Shown: positions 9,772 through 18,596 of the stretch, piece by piece
Position numbering within the stretch: the first letter of the stretch is position 1
How the letters are laid out: each line of letters begins with the position of its first letter
IMG/VR virus record: IMGVR_UViG_2778261163_000009
Reading direction: 5' to 3' (one strand)
DNA from: a virus
Taxonomy: Duplodnaviria; Heunggongvirae; Uroviricota; Caudoviricetes
DNA: 40,609 bases
Program-made: the position numbers and the translations under genes
The notes under the pieces: generated by a model
Told to the model about the DNA's origin: nothing
Database searches by the model: none
The model's input: the letters and a program-made list of their open reading frames with translations, nothing else

Positions 9772-10379
9772 TGGATAACGCCGTATTAAATAGCGAGCTT
9801 ATTGCCACGAAGGCGGGGAATATTACAGTCTATAACTATGATGGTAAAACTCGGGAATATATTTCTACTTCAAATGAATATCTTGCCATTGGTGTCGGTA
9901 TCCCTGCATATTCCTGTCTGGATGAACCTGGTATACATAAGGCGGGTTATGCTATCTGCCGTTCGATGGATTTAAACTCATGGGAATATGTGCCAGACCA
10001 TCGCGGTGAAATCGTCTATAACACCGAAACGGGAGACGCCAAAGAAATCACAGCTCCGGGTGATTATCCTGAAAATACAACCACTATCGCCCCGTTAACG
10101 CCATTCGATAAATGGGATGGTAAGAAATGGGTGACCGATACTGAGGCACATCATAGCGCCGCAGTAGACGCGGCAGAAGCACAGCGTCAGTCACTGATTG
10201 ATACTGCAATGGCTTCCATCAGTCTGATTCAACTGAAATTGCAGGCCGGGCGGAAGCTGACGCAGGCAGAAACCACCCGACTTAACGCTGTGCTGGATTA
10301 CATTGACGCGGTGACGGCAACAGATACCAGCACCGCGCCGGATGTTATCTGGCCTGAACTGCCGGAGACTGCACAATAA
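9771..10379 (+). CDS. Tail fibre assembly chaperone for the alternative fibre tip
   Basis: 202 aa, start overlaps the preceding stop; a hairpin CCCTGCTG-TGTGT-CAGCAGGG follows at 10401..10424. Confidence 0.7.
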   Translation: MDNAVLNSELIATKAGNITVYNYDGKTREYISTSNEYLAIGVGIPAYSCLDEPGIHKAGYAICRSMDLNSWEYVPDHRGEIVYNTETGDAKEITAPGDYPENTTTIAPLTPFDKWDGKKWVTDTEAHHSAAVDAAEAQRQSLIDTAMASISLIQLKLQAGRKLTQAETTRLNAVLDYIDAVTATDTSTAPDVIWPELPETAQ

Positions 10380-10515
10380 ACTCACCATCAATATATAAAT
10401 CCCCCTGCTGTGTGTCAGCAGGGCATTCTTTCCATATTAATGATGGATGGAATCTTCCTTCAGGATTAATTTCCGTTATCTCTTCTACTTTATTTTCTTC
10501 AATTCTTGCCCACAT
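10345..10515 (-). CDS. Small ORF downstream of H (possible short tail-fibre assembly fragment)
   Basis: 57 codons, GGTGAGG ribosome-binding site 6 nt before ATG; overlaps the 3' end of the opposing assembly gene by 35 nt. Confidence 0.35.
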   Translation of the reverse strand: MWARIEENKVEEITEINPEGRFHPSLIWKECPADTQQGDLYIDGEFIVQSPAVQAR

Positions 10516-10522
10516 ATGAACC

Positions 10523-12205
10523 TCACCAGTAAATATAAACTGCGCCATCTGCTCCGGCACCCGACTGACCCGTTGATGAATTAGGACATAATCCAGCACC
10601 GCCACCTCCAGGCCCAACTGCTGATACCGCTTTTCCGTTAGCTGTATCTCTGAATGAACCTGCTCCTCCGGGGCCACCACCAGAACCACCATTACCAGCT
10701 CCCGATGCGGCAGAAGCAATGGAACCTGGAGAACCTGGCCCAAGCGATGTATTAATTGTTCCCCCGACACCAACTGCGCCTAACCCTCCGGAAGGCTGGC
10801 CTCCGCTATAGCCTCCGGAAGCTGACATGTAAGTCCCGAAACTGCTCGAGCCACCATTTTTACCGTTTACAGAAATACCAGACACAGGCGCACCACCGGC
10901 ACCAACCGTAATCGAAACACTGTTTATACCAGTTAAATCTACCAGCCCCTCAGCAACTCCGCCCCCACCACCTCCTCCGCCACATGTAACGGCTGAAGCG
11001 GTTGTTGAACCTATCCCTCCTGACGCACCGCCACCAATAACTTTGACGTAACATTTTCTTCCTTTGCGCAACTCTTCAGGAACAGTCCAGCTTGTTACTC
11101 CAGCCGTTGTGAAGGCAACCAGATTTCTGAACCCAAATGAACCTTCTCCCAAACCAAGGTATGTGAGAAGACCAGCTACATCCTTTCCACTCAAATTAGT
11201 CAGCGTATTGTCCAGCGGTTGTTTACCTGCCAGCGCATTAAGCATTGTCGTGGCAAAGTTCGGATCATTCCCCAGTGCCGCCGCCAGTTCGTTCAGTGTA
11301 TCCAGTGCCGCAGGTGCAGAACCCACCATTCCTGCAATCGCCGATTTCACAAAAGCCGTAGTGGCAATCTGTGTATTATTGACCGACTGCGCCGCCGTAG
11401 GGGCTGTTGGCGTTCCGGTGAGTGCCGGACTCGACAGCGGCGCTTTCAGTGCCAGCGCATTGTTAATGGTGGTACTGAATTTCGGATCATTGTTAATGGC
11501 TACGGCTATTTCTTTCAGCGTGTCCAGCGTGGCTGGCGCACCATTAATAAGAGCCGTCAGTGCCGCCTGAACAAATGCGGTGGTCGCAAGCTGCGTGGTA
11601 TTATTCCCCGCCGCTGGCGTTGGCGCTTTGGGGGTTCCGGTAAACGTTGGACTTTCTTTGGGTGCATACTGTGAATGCGGGTCCGGCGCGGCAAGATGTT
11701 TTGCCATCAGGTCATCCACGTACACCTTCAGCTCCAGAGCCTTGTCATCCACATACTTGCGGGTTGCCAGCACTACAGCAGGGTCGATTTTCAGGGTGAT
11801 ATTGTCCGTGCTGCTGGTAATCAGCACCATGCGCACGGTCTGGGTACGCCCGCTGCCTTCAGCCAGTTGCGGCTTATAGCTTTCCGGGCAGTTGCCCACG
11901 GCAATCAATGTCCCGGACTCATCAAACAGGCCCACTTCACGTATCCACCAACCGCCCTCGTTTTCAGGGATCACCTGTTCGGCAATAATCTGGCTGCTGT
12001 TCTGCGGGTCGATATAGAGCATATTCAGCGCAGCCCGGCGTTTCTCATTTACCAATGCTGTCTGCTTTGCGTCCGGCGTTGGCAATGTTCCGCCGCCATC
12101 GCCGACCGCCATATGGGTAATTTTTAAAGGCACACCGAGCGCGGCGGCGCTGGCAAGTTTCGCCGCGCCAATATCCGTCAGCAGGGTATAAAATTTTGTG
12201 CTCAT
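10523..12205 (-). CDS. H: Tail fibre protein H (constant N-terminus plus invertible glycine-rich C-terminal tip)
   Basis: 560 aa, P2 gpH-like N-terminus; crossover site encodes LTYLGLGEG about residue 345; C-terminal 200 aa is Gly-rich. Confidence 0.85.
   Translation of the reverse strand: MSTKFYTLLTDIGAAKLASAAALGVPLKITHMAVGDGGGTLPTPDAKQTALVNEKRRAALNMLYIDPQNSSQIIAEQVIPENEGGWWIREVGLFDESGTLIAVGNCPESYKPQLAEGSGRTQTVRMVLITSSTDNITLKIDPAVVLATRKYVDDKALELKVYVDDLMAKHLAAPDPHSQYAPKESPTFTGTPKAPTPAAGNNTTQLATTAFVQAALTALINGAPATLDTLKEIAVAINNDPKFSTTINNALALKAPLSSPALTGTPTAPTAAQSVNNTQIATTAFVKSAIAGMVGSAPAALDTLNELAAALGNDPNFATTMLNALAGKQPLDNTLTNLSGKDVAGLLTYLGLGEGSFGFRNLVAFTTAGVTSWTVPEELRKGRKCYVKVIGGGASGGIGSTTASAVTCGGGGGGGGVAEGLVDLTGINSVSITVGAGGAPVSGISVNGKNGGSSSFGTYMSASGGYSGGQPSGGLGAVGVGGTINTSLGPGSPGSIASAASGAGNGGSGGGPGGAGSFRDTANGKAVSAVGPGGGGAGLCPNSSTGQSGAGADGAVYIYW
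11144..11169. repeat. Invertase crossover site (hix/gix-like 26 bp) inside H, right end of invertible segment
   Basis: TTCTCCCAAACC AA GGTATGTGAGAA; left half-site TTCTCCCAAACC is the reverse complement of the right half-site of 9278..9303; resembles hixL TTCTTGAAAACCAAGGTTTTTGATAA. Confidence 0.7.
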
Positions 12206-12807
12206 GGATTCACTCTCATTGTGTCAATAACATGGACCGCCCCGCCTTCATGCGCGGTGCCACCGGAAATAATTGTTTCGTTGATATACGGATAGATCGT
12301 GATTTCTTCGCCAAGATAGCTGGCGGCTCCCACCCAATGCGGGCCGCTGGTCTGCAGATTGATGGACATGCCGATCATGTGACGGCTACATGGTTTGGCA
12401 TCGCTTATCAGTCGCTCAAGTTCCAGATAGGTATCTTCAGTGATGCCCTGGTCCTGCACGCCGATATCCAGGCGAAACGTGCCCGGTGCCTCTCCGGTCT
12501 GCCACCACTCAATAATGCGGATCAGAAAGCCGAACGGCTCCACCACCCGCCGCACGGCACTGGTGGTCCCTTTATGCTGATGAATATAAAAAGCATCCTT
12601 CACCACCTGGCGCTTGACGCTTTCTGTCCAGCCCTCGTCCCAGCGATCCACAGAGAACGCCCAGGCGAGATAAGGCAGGAAACTGACCGGACAGGTTGCC
12701 GGATTCCACAAGTCACGAAGCGGCACCTGCAGATCAGAAATCCCGCTGCAGGTTTGCGCCAGTCGGCGCTCCAGTGGTGTTGAACCCGGTGGCAGCAGAC
12801 TATTCAT
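12202..12807 (-). CDS. I: Baseplate protein I
   Basis: 201 aa, P2 gpI-like, overlaps the H start. Confidence 0.85.
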   Translation of the reverse strand: MNSLLPPGSTPLERRLAQTCSGISDLQVPLRDLWNPATCPVSFLPYLAWAFSVDRWDEGWTESVKRQVVKDAFYIHQHKGTTSAVRRVVEPFGFLIRIIEWWQTGEAPGTFRLDIGVQDQGITEDTYLELERLISDAKPCSRHMIGMSINLQTSGPHWVGAASYLGEEITIYPYINETIISGGTAHEGGAVHVIDTMRVNP

Positions 12808-13708
12808 CCGTTCCTCCGTTGGTTACGCTCCACTGCGTACATGATGCCGCCTGTGTTTTGTTCAGGACCACATCCGCCAGAGGAGAAGCCAGCTCCACAC
12901 GCTGCACACCCTCAACATGCAGGGCGGCAAAGATGGCGCTACGGCGAATATCCCGACCAAGACGCGTCTGACTGGCGATGTACTTCTGCAGGCTGGCTTT
13001 TGCCGCTGCCATTACCGGCTCTGCTTCCGGTCCCGGATAGAGAAAAATGGTGGCTTCCACGCGATACGGGATGATTTCTGCGCTGCGAACCGTAAGACGG
13101 TCAGCCACCGGGCGGACGTTCTCACTGTTCAGAGCTTTTTCCACCACGTCCAGCAGGTCTTTTTCTGCAGTTCCATCGCCTTCGCGGCTAAGGACAGTCA
13201 GTACCACCTCTGCAGGTGCCGGGCTGGTTGCACTGGCATCCGCCACCCGACCGTCGGCGCTTCGGGCATGAAATTCATAAGCTGCAGTTGGCCCCGCAAC
13301 TGAAAGCCCTTCAAAGGCTGCAGGCACACGCAGGCGTAACGCTTCATCGCTTTCCATCACAGCTGCAACGGGCGGCACAGCGTCATTATCAGCAGGCGTC
13401 ACCGTCAGGCGTTTCACGTTGTAGTTGGCAGCGAGCTGGTCAAGATCGCTGCCCATCGCGTAAGCCACCATCACAGCCTGCGCGGCTTCGTTAATGCGCT
13501 GGCGCAGAAGCAACTCACGGTAAGCGTTCTCCTGCAGCAATTTGGTGACGGGTTCAGATTCCAGTTCCAGCGTGCGGATCACTGCTTCCTGCTCATCTTT
13601 CGGATGAAGCGCAACAAATTCGGCCTTGCGTTCGGCAAGCAGCGTCTCAAAGTCCGGCACATCCACAATCTGCGGCGCAGGCAACTGCGAAAGGTCAATC
13701 ACTGCCAT
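12800..13708 (-). CDS. J: Baseplate protein J
   Basis: P2 gpJ-like; start placed at MAVIDLSQLPAPQ by alignment to the P2 N-terminus (the ORF track extends to 13747). Confidence 0.85.
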   Translation of the reverse strand: MAVIDLSQLPAPQIVDVPDFETLLAERKAEFVALHPKDEQEAVIRTLELESEPVTKLLQENAYRELLLRQRINEAAQAVMVAYAMGSDLDQLAANYNVKRLTVTPADNDAVPPVAAVMESDEALRLRVPAAFEGLSVAGPTAAYEFHARSADGRVADASATSPAPAEVVLTVLSREGDGTAEKDLLDVVEKALNSENVRPVADRLTVRSAEIIPYRVEATIFLYPGPEAEPVMAAAKASLQKYIASQTRLGRDIRRSAIFAALHVEGVQRVELASPLADVVLNKTQAASCTQWSVTNGGTDE

Positions 13709-14054
13709 TCTCTGCTCCTGTTGATACGGAAAGGGAAACAGGCACACCGTTATTACGCCGCCCGCTCAGCTCCACCACCATTGAACCGTCAAAATGGCTG
13801 TTGATGGTGATGGAATCCAGCGTCAGCCGTGGCTCCCAGCGACTCAGCGCCACATACACTGCCGACATGACCTGCAGGCGTAACGCCGGATTTTGTGGCT
13901 GGTCTATCAGTGCCGACAGCAGGGAACCATATTCACGGCGAGCAATGCGGCTACCCTGCGGCGTCAGCAGAATGTCCCGCACCGACTGGCGCAGATGGTC
14001 AATATCAGTAATGGCTTTGCCGCTGGTATTGTTCATCCCGCTATAAAGCGTCAT
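13695..14054 (-). CDS. W: Baseplate wedge protein W
   Basis: 119 aa, P2 gpW-like. Confidence 0.85.
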   Translation of the reverse strand: MTLYSGMNNTSGKAITDIDHLRQSVRDILLTPQGSRIARREYGSLLSALIDQPQNPALRLQVMSAVYVALSRWEPRLTLDSITINSHFDGSMVVELSGRRNNGVPVSLSVSTGAENGSD

Positions 14055-14629
14055 ACCGGGCCTCCGGTTGTGTCGCCGCCTTTCAGAACGCCAGTATGCT
14101 GATGCGCATCAACCACGATCCCGTTAGAACTCATCGCTCCGCCGCCCTGGGTAACGCCACCATTGATCACCACTTCGCTGTTAATACGCGTGCGGTCAGC
14201 CTCCAGTACAAACTCACTGGTTTTCATGGTGATGTTGTCAGCGGCCTCAATGACCATTGATTTGATGCCCCTGACATACCAGCGCCCGGTGGCGGGTTCG
14301 TATTCAAACCAGCCACCGTCAGGATGTTCTGTCACGCAGGCGTCCGCCGACGTCGACGGTGGTGCGAACTGATTCGAATAGACAGCGGGCAGCGCAAAGG
14401 CGGTTTCCAGATTGCCGCCCAGACTCAGCAGCACCACCTGCTCACCTTCCGATGGTCGCCACCATGTGCGGGCATTCCCGGCACGCAGCGTCAGCCAGCT
14501 AATCCAGTTGGTTTCAAGCTCGCCCGTTTTCACCCGGCAAAGCCAGTTTTCCCTGTCCACTTCGGTGACTACCCCTGTGCGAATCAGGTTGGTGATAAGG
14601 CGCATGATTTCGGTTAATTGTGCGTTCAT
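14051..14629 (-). CDS. V: Baseplate spike protein V
   Basis: 192 aa, P2 gpV-like. Confidence 0.85.
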   Translation of the reverse strand: MNAQLTEIMRLITNLIRTGVVTEVDRENWLCRVKTGELETNWISWLTLRAGNARTWWRPSEGEQVVLLSLGGNLETAFALPAVYSNQFAPPSTSADACVTEHPDGGWFEYEPATGRWYVRGIKSMVIEAADNITMKTSEFVLEADRTRINSEVVINGGVTQGGGAMSSNGIVVDAHQHTGVLKGGDTTGGPV

Positions 14630-14675
14630 AGGGAAAGGTTGCCATCAGGGGAAGAAAGGCGGCAGTGCTGCAACT

Positions 14676-14693
14676 TGTATCAGTGCTGATACA
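14676..14693. promoter_or_regulatory. Ogr-type activator site (TGT-N12-ACA) of the late promoter upstream of V
   Basis: Perfect palindrome TGTATCAGTGCTGATACA in the S-V intergenic region. Confidence 0.65.
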
Positions 14694-14697
14694 AAGA

Positions 14698-15144
14698 TCA
14701 CCCTGCCAGCCATTGCAGAATCATGTCGCGGGTCATTGCCTCAACATCATCATTTACACCCAGCAGGCGGCGCTCTGCGTAACGGACCTCCAGTCCTTTG
14801 CGACTGACGCGATCACGCAGGCCGTAATGGTGAACACGGGCAATACGCTGCACCTTACCTTCAAACTGTACGCTGGCAGAGTCGGCGCTGGCGGCAGTTT
14901 TCAGGTATTTTGTGGTGCGCAGCTTTGCAAACATCTGACGTTTGATGCGCCCCTTCTTGCTGCGTGCTGTTACCCTGCGCGGTTCATAACTACTGCCATC
15001 TGGATTGCGCTGCATCCTGATATTCTGCTGCTGTGTCCGGCGCAGTTCCTGCGCCAGCTGGCGCATCATGCGGCTTCTCGTGGCTGGTTCCAGATTCGCC
15101 AGCAAGGCACTCAGCCAGTCGTCCACCTTCTGCAGTTCAGCCAC
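14698..15144 (-). CDS. S: Tail completion protein S
   Basis: 148 aa, P2 gpS-like. Confidence 0.85.
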   Translation of the reverse strand: MAELQKVDDWLSALLANLEPATRSRMMRQLAQELRRTQQQNIRMQRNPDGSSYEPRRVTARSKKGRIKRQMFAKLRTTKYLKTAASADSASVQFEGKVQRIARVHHYGLRDRVSRKGLEVRYAERRLLGVNDDVEAMTRDMILQWLAG

Positions 15145-15589
15145 GTTTCACCGTCCACATTTCTTCAGGTGCATCAGGTTCCGCTATACCTTCAACGCTC
15201 GACACACTGCCGTCAGTGCTGACCAGCACACGCTCCGTCAGTTGCAGGTTCAGGCTGATATCACAGACATCGTTGCGCAGAATATCCACCTCAAAGGTGA
15301 ATAGCTTTTCCCGTAACGCCGGGTTATTGATGGCATCGGGCTGGTTATCCCTCAGCCACAGCAAAACCGGGGCCATCAGCAGATTCTGGTCGCCGCTGAA
15401 ATCCTCAATCACCACGTTGAGGGTGTAACGGTACTCCCATGACATGGAGCTGGCCCCCGTGGCAACCAGCGAACCGTTATCCACAAACAGATGCAGTTTG
15501 TCCGGGTTATTGCGGACATAAGGCACCGCTTTATTGAGAGCGTGGCGCAGGGATTGTGGTTTGTTCACTGTTTCGCTCCTGACACGCAA
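15137..15589 (-). CDS. R: Tail completion protein R
   Basis: P2 gpR-like; the true start may be a few codons inside the ORF. Confidence 0.8.
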   Translation of the reverse strand: MRVRSETVNKPQSLRHALNKAVPYVRNNPDKLHLFVDNGSLVATGASSMSWEYRYTLNVVIEDFSGDQNLLMAPVLLWLRDNQPDAINNPALREKLFTFEVDILRNDVCDISLNLQLTERVLVSTDGSVSSVEGIAEPDAPEEMWTVKRG

Positions 15590-15821
15590 TAATCATGTCC
15601 ACTTTGTCTGCACAGACTGCCCAGGCGGCCTCCGTTTCATCCAGCAACGCATTCAGATCACCGTTAGTGCGCGGCGCTGCCTGCTCCAGCCGACACGGCG
15701 TCACTCGCGGACAACCACTGACGGTAAGCTGCACCTCCGGTGAGTGCCGGACGTTCCCGCAGCCGGATAATGTCAGCAGGCAAAGGAGTATCAGCCCAGC
15801 GACGTAAATCCTCGTTCTCAC
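15531..15821 (-). CDS. lysC: Outer-membrane spanin lipoprotein LysC, embedded in lysB in another frame
   Basis: 96 aa; lipobox LTLSGC after a hydrophobic signal; nested within and extending past lysB as in Rz/Rz1 pairs. Confidence 0.7.
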   Translation of the reverse strand: MRTRIYVAGLILLCLLTLSGCGNVRHSPEVQLTVSGCPRVTPCRLEQAAPRTNGDLNALLDETEAAWAVCADKVDMIIACQERNSEQTTIPAPRSQ

Positions 15822-16092
15822 GTTTCAGTTCCTCAATCCGGCGTTGTCGTTGTCTCAGCAGTACACTGGTCTGTTCTGCTTCGGCATAGAGCCGCGCCTG
15901 CTCCCGGTTATTGGTTTCAGTCAGAATGGACAGGCTGATAAGCTGGCTGTTGCTCTTTGCCAGTGCCTGGCTTTTGCTCTGTAGCTCGTCTGCCTGCGTG
16001 CTGATGGTCTGGCTGGCATCAGCCAGCCGCCACGTCTGCCAGCCCAGCGCCGCCAGTAATAACGCCAGCACAACCAGCAGCAACCGGTTCAT
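15664..16092 (-). CDS. lysB: Inner-membrane spanin LysB
   Basis: 142 aa, N-terminal transmembrane helix then coiled coil. Confidence 0.8.
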   Translation of the reverse strand: MNRLLLVVLALLLAALGWQTWRLADASQTISTQADELQSKSQALAKSNSQLISLSILTETNNREQARLYAEAEQTSVLLRQRQRRIEELKRENEDLRRWADTPLPADIIRLRERPALTGGAAYRQWLSASDAVSAGAGSAAH

Positions 16093-16538
16093 GCTGCTAC
16101 CTGTTGCGCCATCTGATTACGGGTGATCCAGAAAGCAATAACGGTCAGCAGATAAAAGACCAGGGTAATAGCCCACCCCGTCCAGGCGAGACTGACGACA
16201 ATCAGCAATCGCATCACCCAGCTGATAAATACGTTTTCTTTTCGGGTAATTGTCTTCAGCAAAGATGCCCTCAACTCCTGCCAGAGCGGGCCATTCTTAA
16301 TTAACGCAGCCAGTGCTACCGGAATTACCGCCCATGTCAGCAAACAGGCTACCCAAACGCCGGACGCTGCCAGTACCGGAAAAATCCCCTGCGGATACAC
16401 CATTGCTTCGATTAACAGCGCCATCCATAACATCAGAAACAGCCCGCTGATTAATTTCTTTTTCATTTCAGTTTGCTCCCTGTAAGCACCAGGCCATCTC
16501 CCGCGCACGGCGGTTATCCAGCCCCTGATTAAACACAC
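16089..16538 (-). CDS. lysA: Lysis timing membrane protein LysA
   Basis: Multi-helix hydrophobic protein between K and lysB; the probable start is MKKKLISGLFL at 16466. Confidence 0.7.
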   Translation of the reverse strand: MCLIRGWITAVRGRWPGAYREQTEMKKKLISGLFLMLWMALLIEAMVYPQGIFPVLAASGVWVACLLTWAVIPVALAALIKNGPLWQELRASLLKTITRKENVFISWVMRLLIVVSLAWTGWAITLVFYLLTVIAFWITRNQMAQQVAA

Positions 16539-16980
16539 CTTTCACATAAACCCAGCGCGGCAACTGTCGGCACGCATCCGCCCAGCGCCGCTGATTGAGT
16601 AATTTCACCAGCGTGGAGCTGCAGGCATTACCTGTCCCCACGTTGAAGGCAAATGACACCACCGCGTCATACACTTTCTGCGGTGGCTGTTGCTTCACAC
16701 ACCTTTCCAGTGACCGCTCCACACGCAGCACGTTGGAGATAAGCCCTTCTGCTGCCTGTCGTTCCGTAATGGTTTTGCCGGGAATGACGCCCGACGTATT
16801 ACCAATGCCGTCAGTCCATACACCCGCGCTGCACTGATACGGCTGCAGACGACAGCCTTCGTAATCGGCAATCAGTTTCAGTCCCTCCACGGAGGTGTGA
16901 AGCTGCTGAAAACCCGGCAGCGTGGCAGCAATAGCCAGCACGGCCCCGACAAGACAGCGTTTAACGATTGATGGATTCAT
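16468..16980 (-). CDS. K: Endolysin K (lysozyme with N-terminal signal-anchor)
   Basis: 170 aa, P2 gpK-like. Confidence 0.85.
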   Translation of the reverse strand: MNPSIVKRCLVGAVLAIAATLPGFQQLHTSVEGLKLIADYEGCRLQPYQCSAGVWTDGIGNTSGVIPGKTITERQAAEGLISNVLRVERSLERCVKQQPPQKVYDAVVSFAFNVGTGNACSSTLVKLLNQRRWADACRQLPRWVYVKGVFNQGLDNRRAREMAWCLQGAN

Positions 16981-17176
16981 AGTCCTCCCGCGAGATCTGC
17001 CCGTCGCGCAGAAGCTGGTAGGCTTTGTGTTTGTAGTACCAGTTGATAGCCAGCATCAGCACACCAATCATCAGGCCGCCCAGCGTTGAGGCATCCTTGA
17101 TGGACAAATCGCCCAGCCAGGCCAGCACAACGGCGATGCAGTACGTGATAAAGGCGCTGATTCGCTCAAGCGTCAT
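16961..17176 (-). CDS. Y: Holin Y
   Basis: 71 aa with two hydrophobic helices, directly upstream of the endolysin. Confidence 0.8.
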   Translation of the reverse strand: MTLERISAFITYCIAVVLAWLGDLSIKDASTLGGLMIGVLMLAINWYYKHKAYQLLRDGQISREDYESINR

Positions 17177-17179
17177 AAT

Positions 17180-17383
17180 TCAGTCCCATAGCTGGACGGT
17201 CTGCACGGTGGTGGTGGTCGGAATGTCCGGCAGCTCCACCTGCAGTCCGTGAGGTAAAAAGGGGCCGTATTCGACAAGCCCCGGATTTGCCTTCAGTACC
17301 TGCTCCGTGACACCCTGCGTGCGCCCGTAATGACGCCAGCAAAGTGCATCCACCGTGTCATACTGATGCGCTCGCACTTTCAT
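17180..17383 (-). CDS. X: Tail protein X
   Basis: 67 aa, P2 gpX-like. Confidence 0.85.
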   Translation of the reverse strand: MKVRAHQYDTVDALCWRHYGRTQGVTEQVLKANPGLVEYGPFLPHGLQVELPDIPTTTTVQTVQLWD

Positions 17384-17850
17384 CAGATAAGCTCCACTGT
17401 GCAGTGCGGCGCGTCCTGCACCCGGCTGATGGCCCAGCGGGCGTCACGCCACAAATCACCGCTGGCTTCCGCCAGTTCCTCGCCTCGCTTCACACCGGAT
17501 GCCGTGGCGTCATAGTCCTGGTAACGTTCGTTGAGCATGGCGCGTGCCCAGCAGTAAACCGCGTTGAAATAGTGCTGAACGCGCTCACTTTTCCCGTCCA
17601 GCTGTTCCGCCGGAACCTCTGCCAGCGAGGCATACCCCAGCATCTGCTGGCATCTGCGAAACTCATACAGCTCTGCGTTGACCTCCGAAATTGCCGACAG
17701 CGCAACCTGCTTTAAACGCGGCTGCGTCACCGTACCGTCAGTGCGCATCACACTGCGGAACTCCGACAGGTCCACATCAGGCCAGAACGGCGTATTCCTG
17801 ATGATTTCCGCCTGTTCCGGTGCCTGTTCTGGCGCAACAAACTTCATGCT
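17383..17850 (-). CDS. L: Head completion protein L
   Basis: P2 gpL-like from MKFVAPEQAPEQAEIIRN; the ORF track extends 20 codons further upstream. Confidence 0.8.
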   Translation of the reverse strand, partial: SMKFVAPEQAPEQAEIIRNTPFWPDVDLSEFRSVMRTDGTVTQPRLKQVALSAISEVNAELYEFRRCQQMLGYASLAEVPAEQLDGKSERVQHYFNAVYCWARAMLNERYQDYDATASGVKRGEELAEASGDLWRDARWAISRVQDAPHCTVELI

Positions 17851-17942
17851 GCTTTCTCCTGAAATAGAGGGCGGTGGACGGGGTTTTGATGTGGCAGTGC
17901 CTTTCGCCACCCCGTGCCGCCCGTGCGCGGGGGCACGTTCTG

Positions 17943-18593
17943 TCAGCGGCTGTCATTGCGCAGTCTGCGCTCCAGCTGCTGTTTGTCTTTTTTCACGCCA
18001 CAGCGGGGATCGAGCTGTAACGCATGGTTGAGATGATTAAGGGCGGAAGCCGGGTTGCTTTCACTCAGGACAGCGCCAATCGCTTTATGCAGACGCGCCC
18101 GTGACTGGTCCGGCATATCCAGACCATCTGTCAGCTCCAGCGTCTGCAGCAACAGATCGGCATCAAAGCCGGTGGCGGCAAGCATTGCGCTCTGCGCCGC
18201 GTCTGCCATTTCCTCTGCCAGCACGGTCTGCACATTGCGATTACCCAGTGGCATCACCCAGCCATGACGCAGGGCATGACGCCCGATCTCCAGCGCCCCG
18301 GCATAATCTCCGGCATCAATGCGCCACAGCATCACGTACATCAGCACGTCATCCTGTTGAGCGCCTCCGGCAGCCAGGACACCCTCTGCCCAGGCGACGT
18401 ATTTCGGCAGCAGTTCCACCTTGATTTCCGCTTTTTTGACCGTGGACTGAACACCCTTGAGACGGCGGCGGTCTTCCGCCAGTTGCAGCAGCATCAGGTC
18501 ATAGCCCGACGCGTGGCGAACACTGCCGCCCTCGCGGGCGGCCTGTTCAGCCTGAACGCGCAGGCGATGCTGCCGTGCGGGACTCAGGCTCAT
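17943..18593 (-). CDS. M: Terminase small (endonuclease) subunit M
   Basis: 216 aa, P2 gpM-like. Confidence 0.85.
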   Translation of the reverse strand: MSLSPARQHRLRVQAEQAAREGGSVRHASGYDLMLLQLAEDRRRLKGVQSTVKKAEIKVELLPKYVAWAEGVLAAGGAQQDDVLMYVMLWRIDAGDYAGALEIGRHALRHGWVMPLGNRNVQTVLAEEMADAAQSAMLAATGFDADLLLQTLELTDGLDMPDQSRARLHKAIGAVLSESNPASALNHLNHALQLDPRCGVKKDKQQLERRLRNDSR

Positions 18594-18596
18594 GGA

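Noticed and set aside
10401-10424. Hairpin CCCTGCTG-TGTGT-CAGCAGGG as a third invertase crossover site
   Set aside because: It has no similarity to the two hix/gix-like sites and is better read as the terminator of the plus-strand assembly gene.
10345-10773. Full-length 142-aa minus-strand ORF overlapping the end of H
   Set aside because: Its first 85 codons overlap the H C-terminus in another frame; only the 57 codons downstream of the H stop, which have a ribosome-binding site, were kept, at low confidence.
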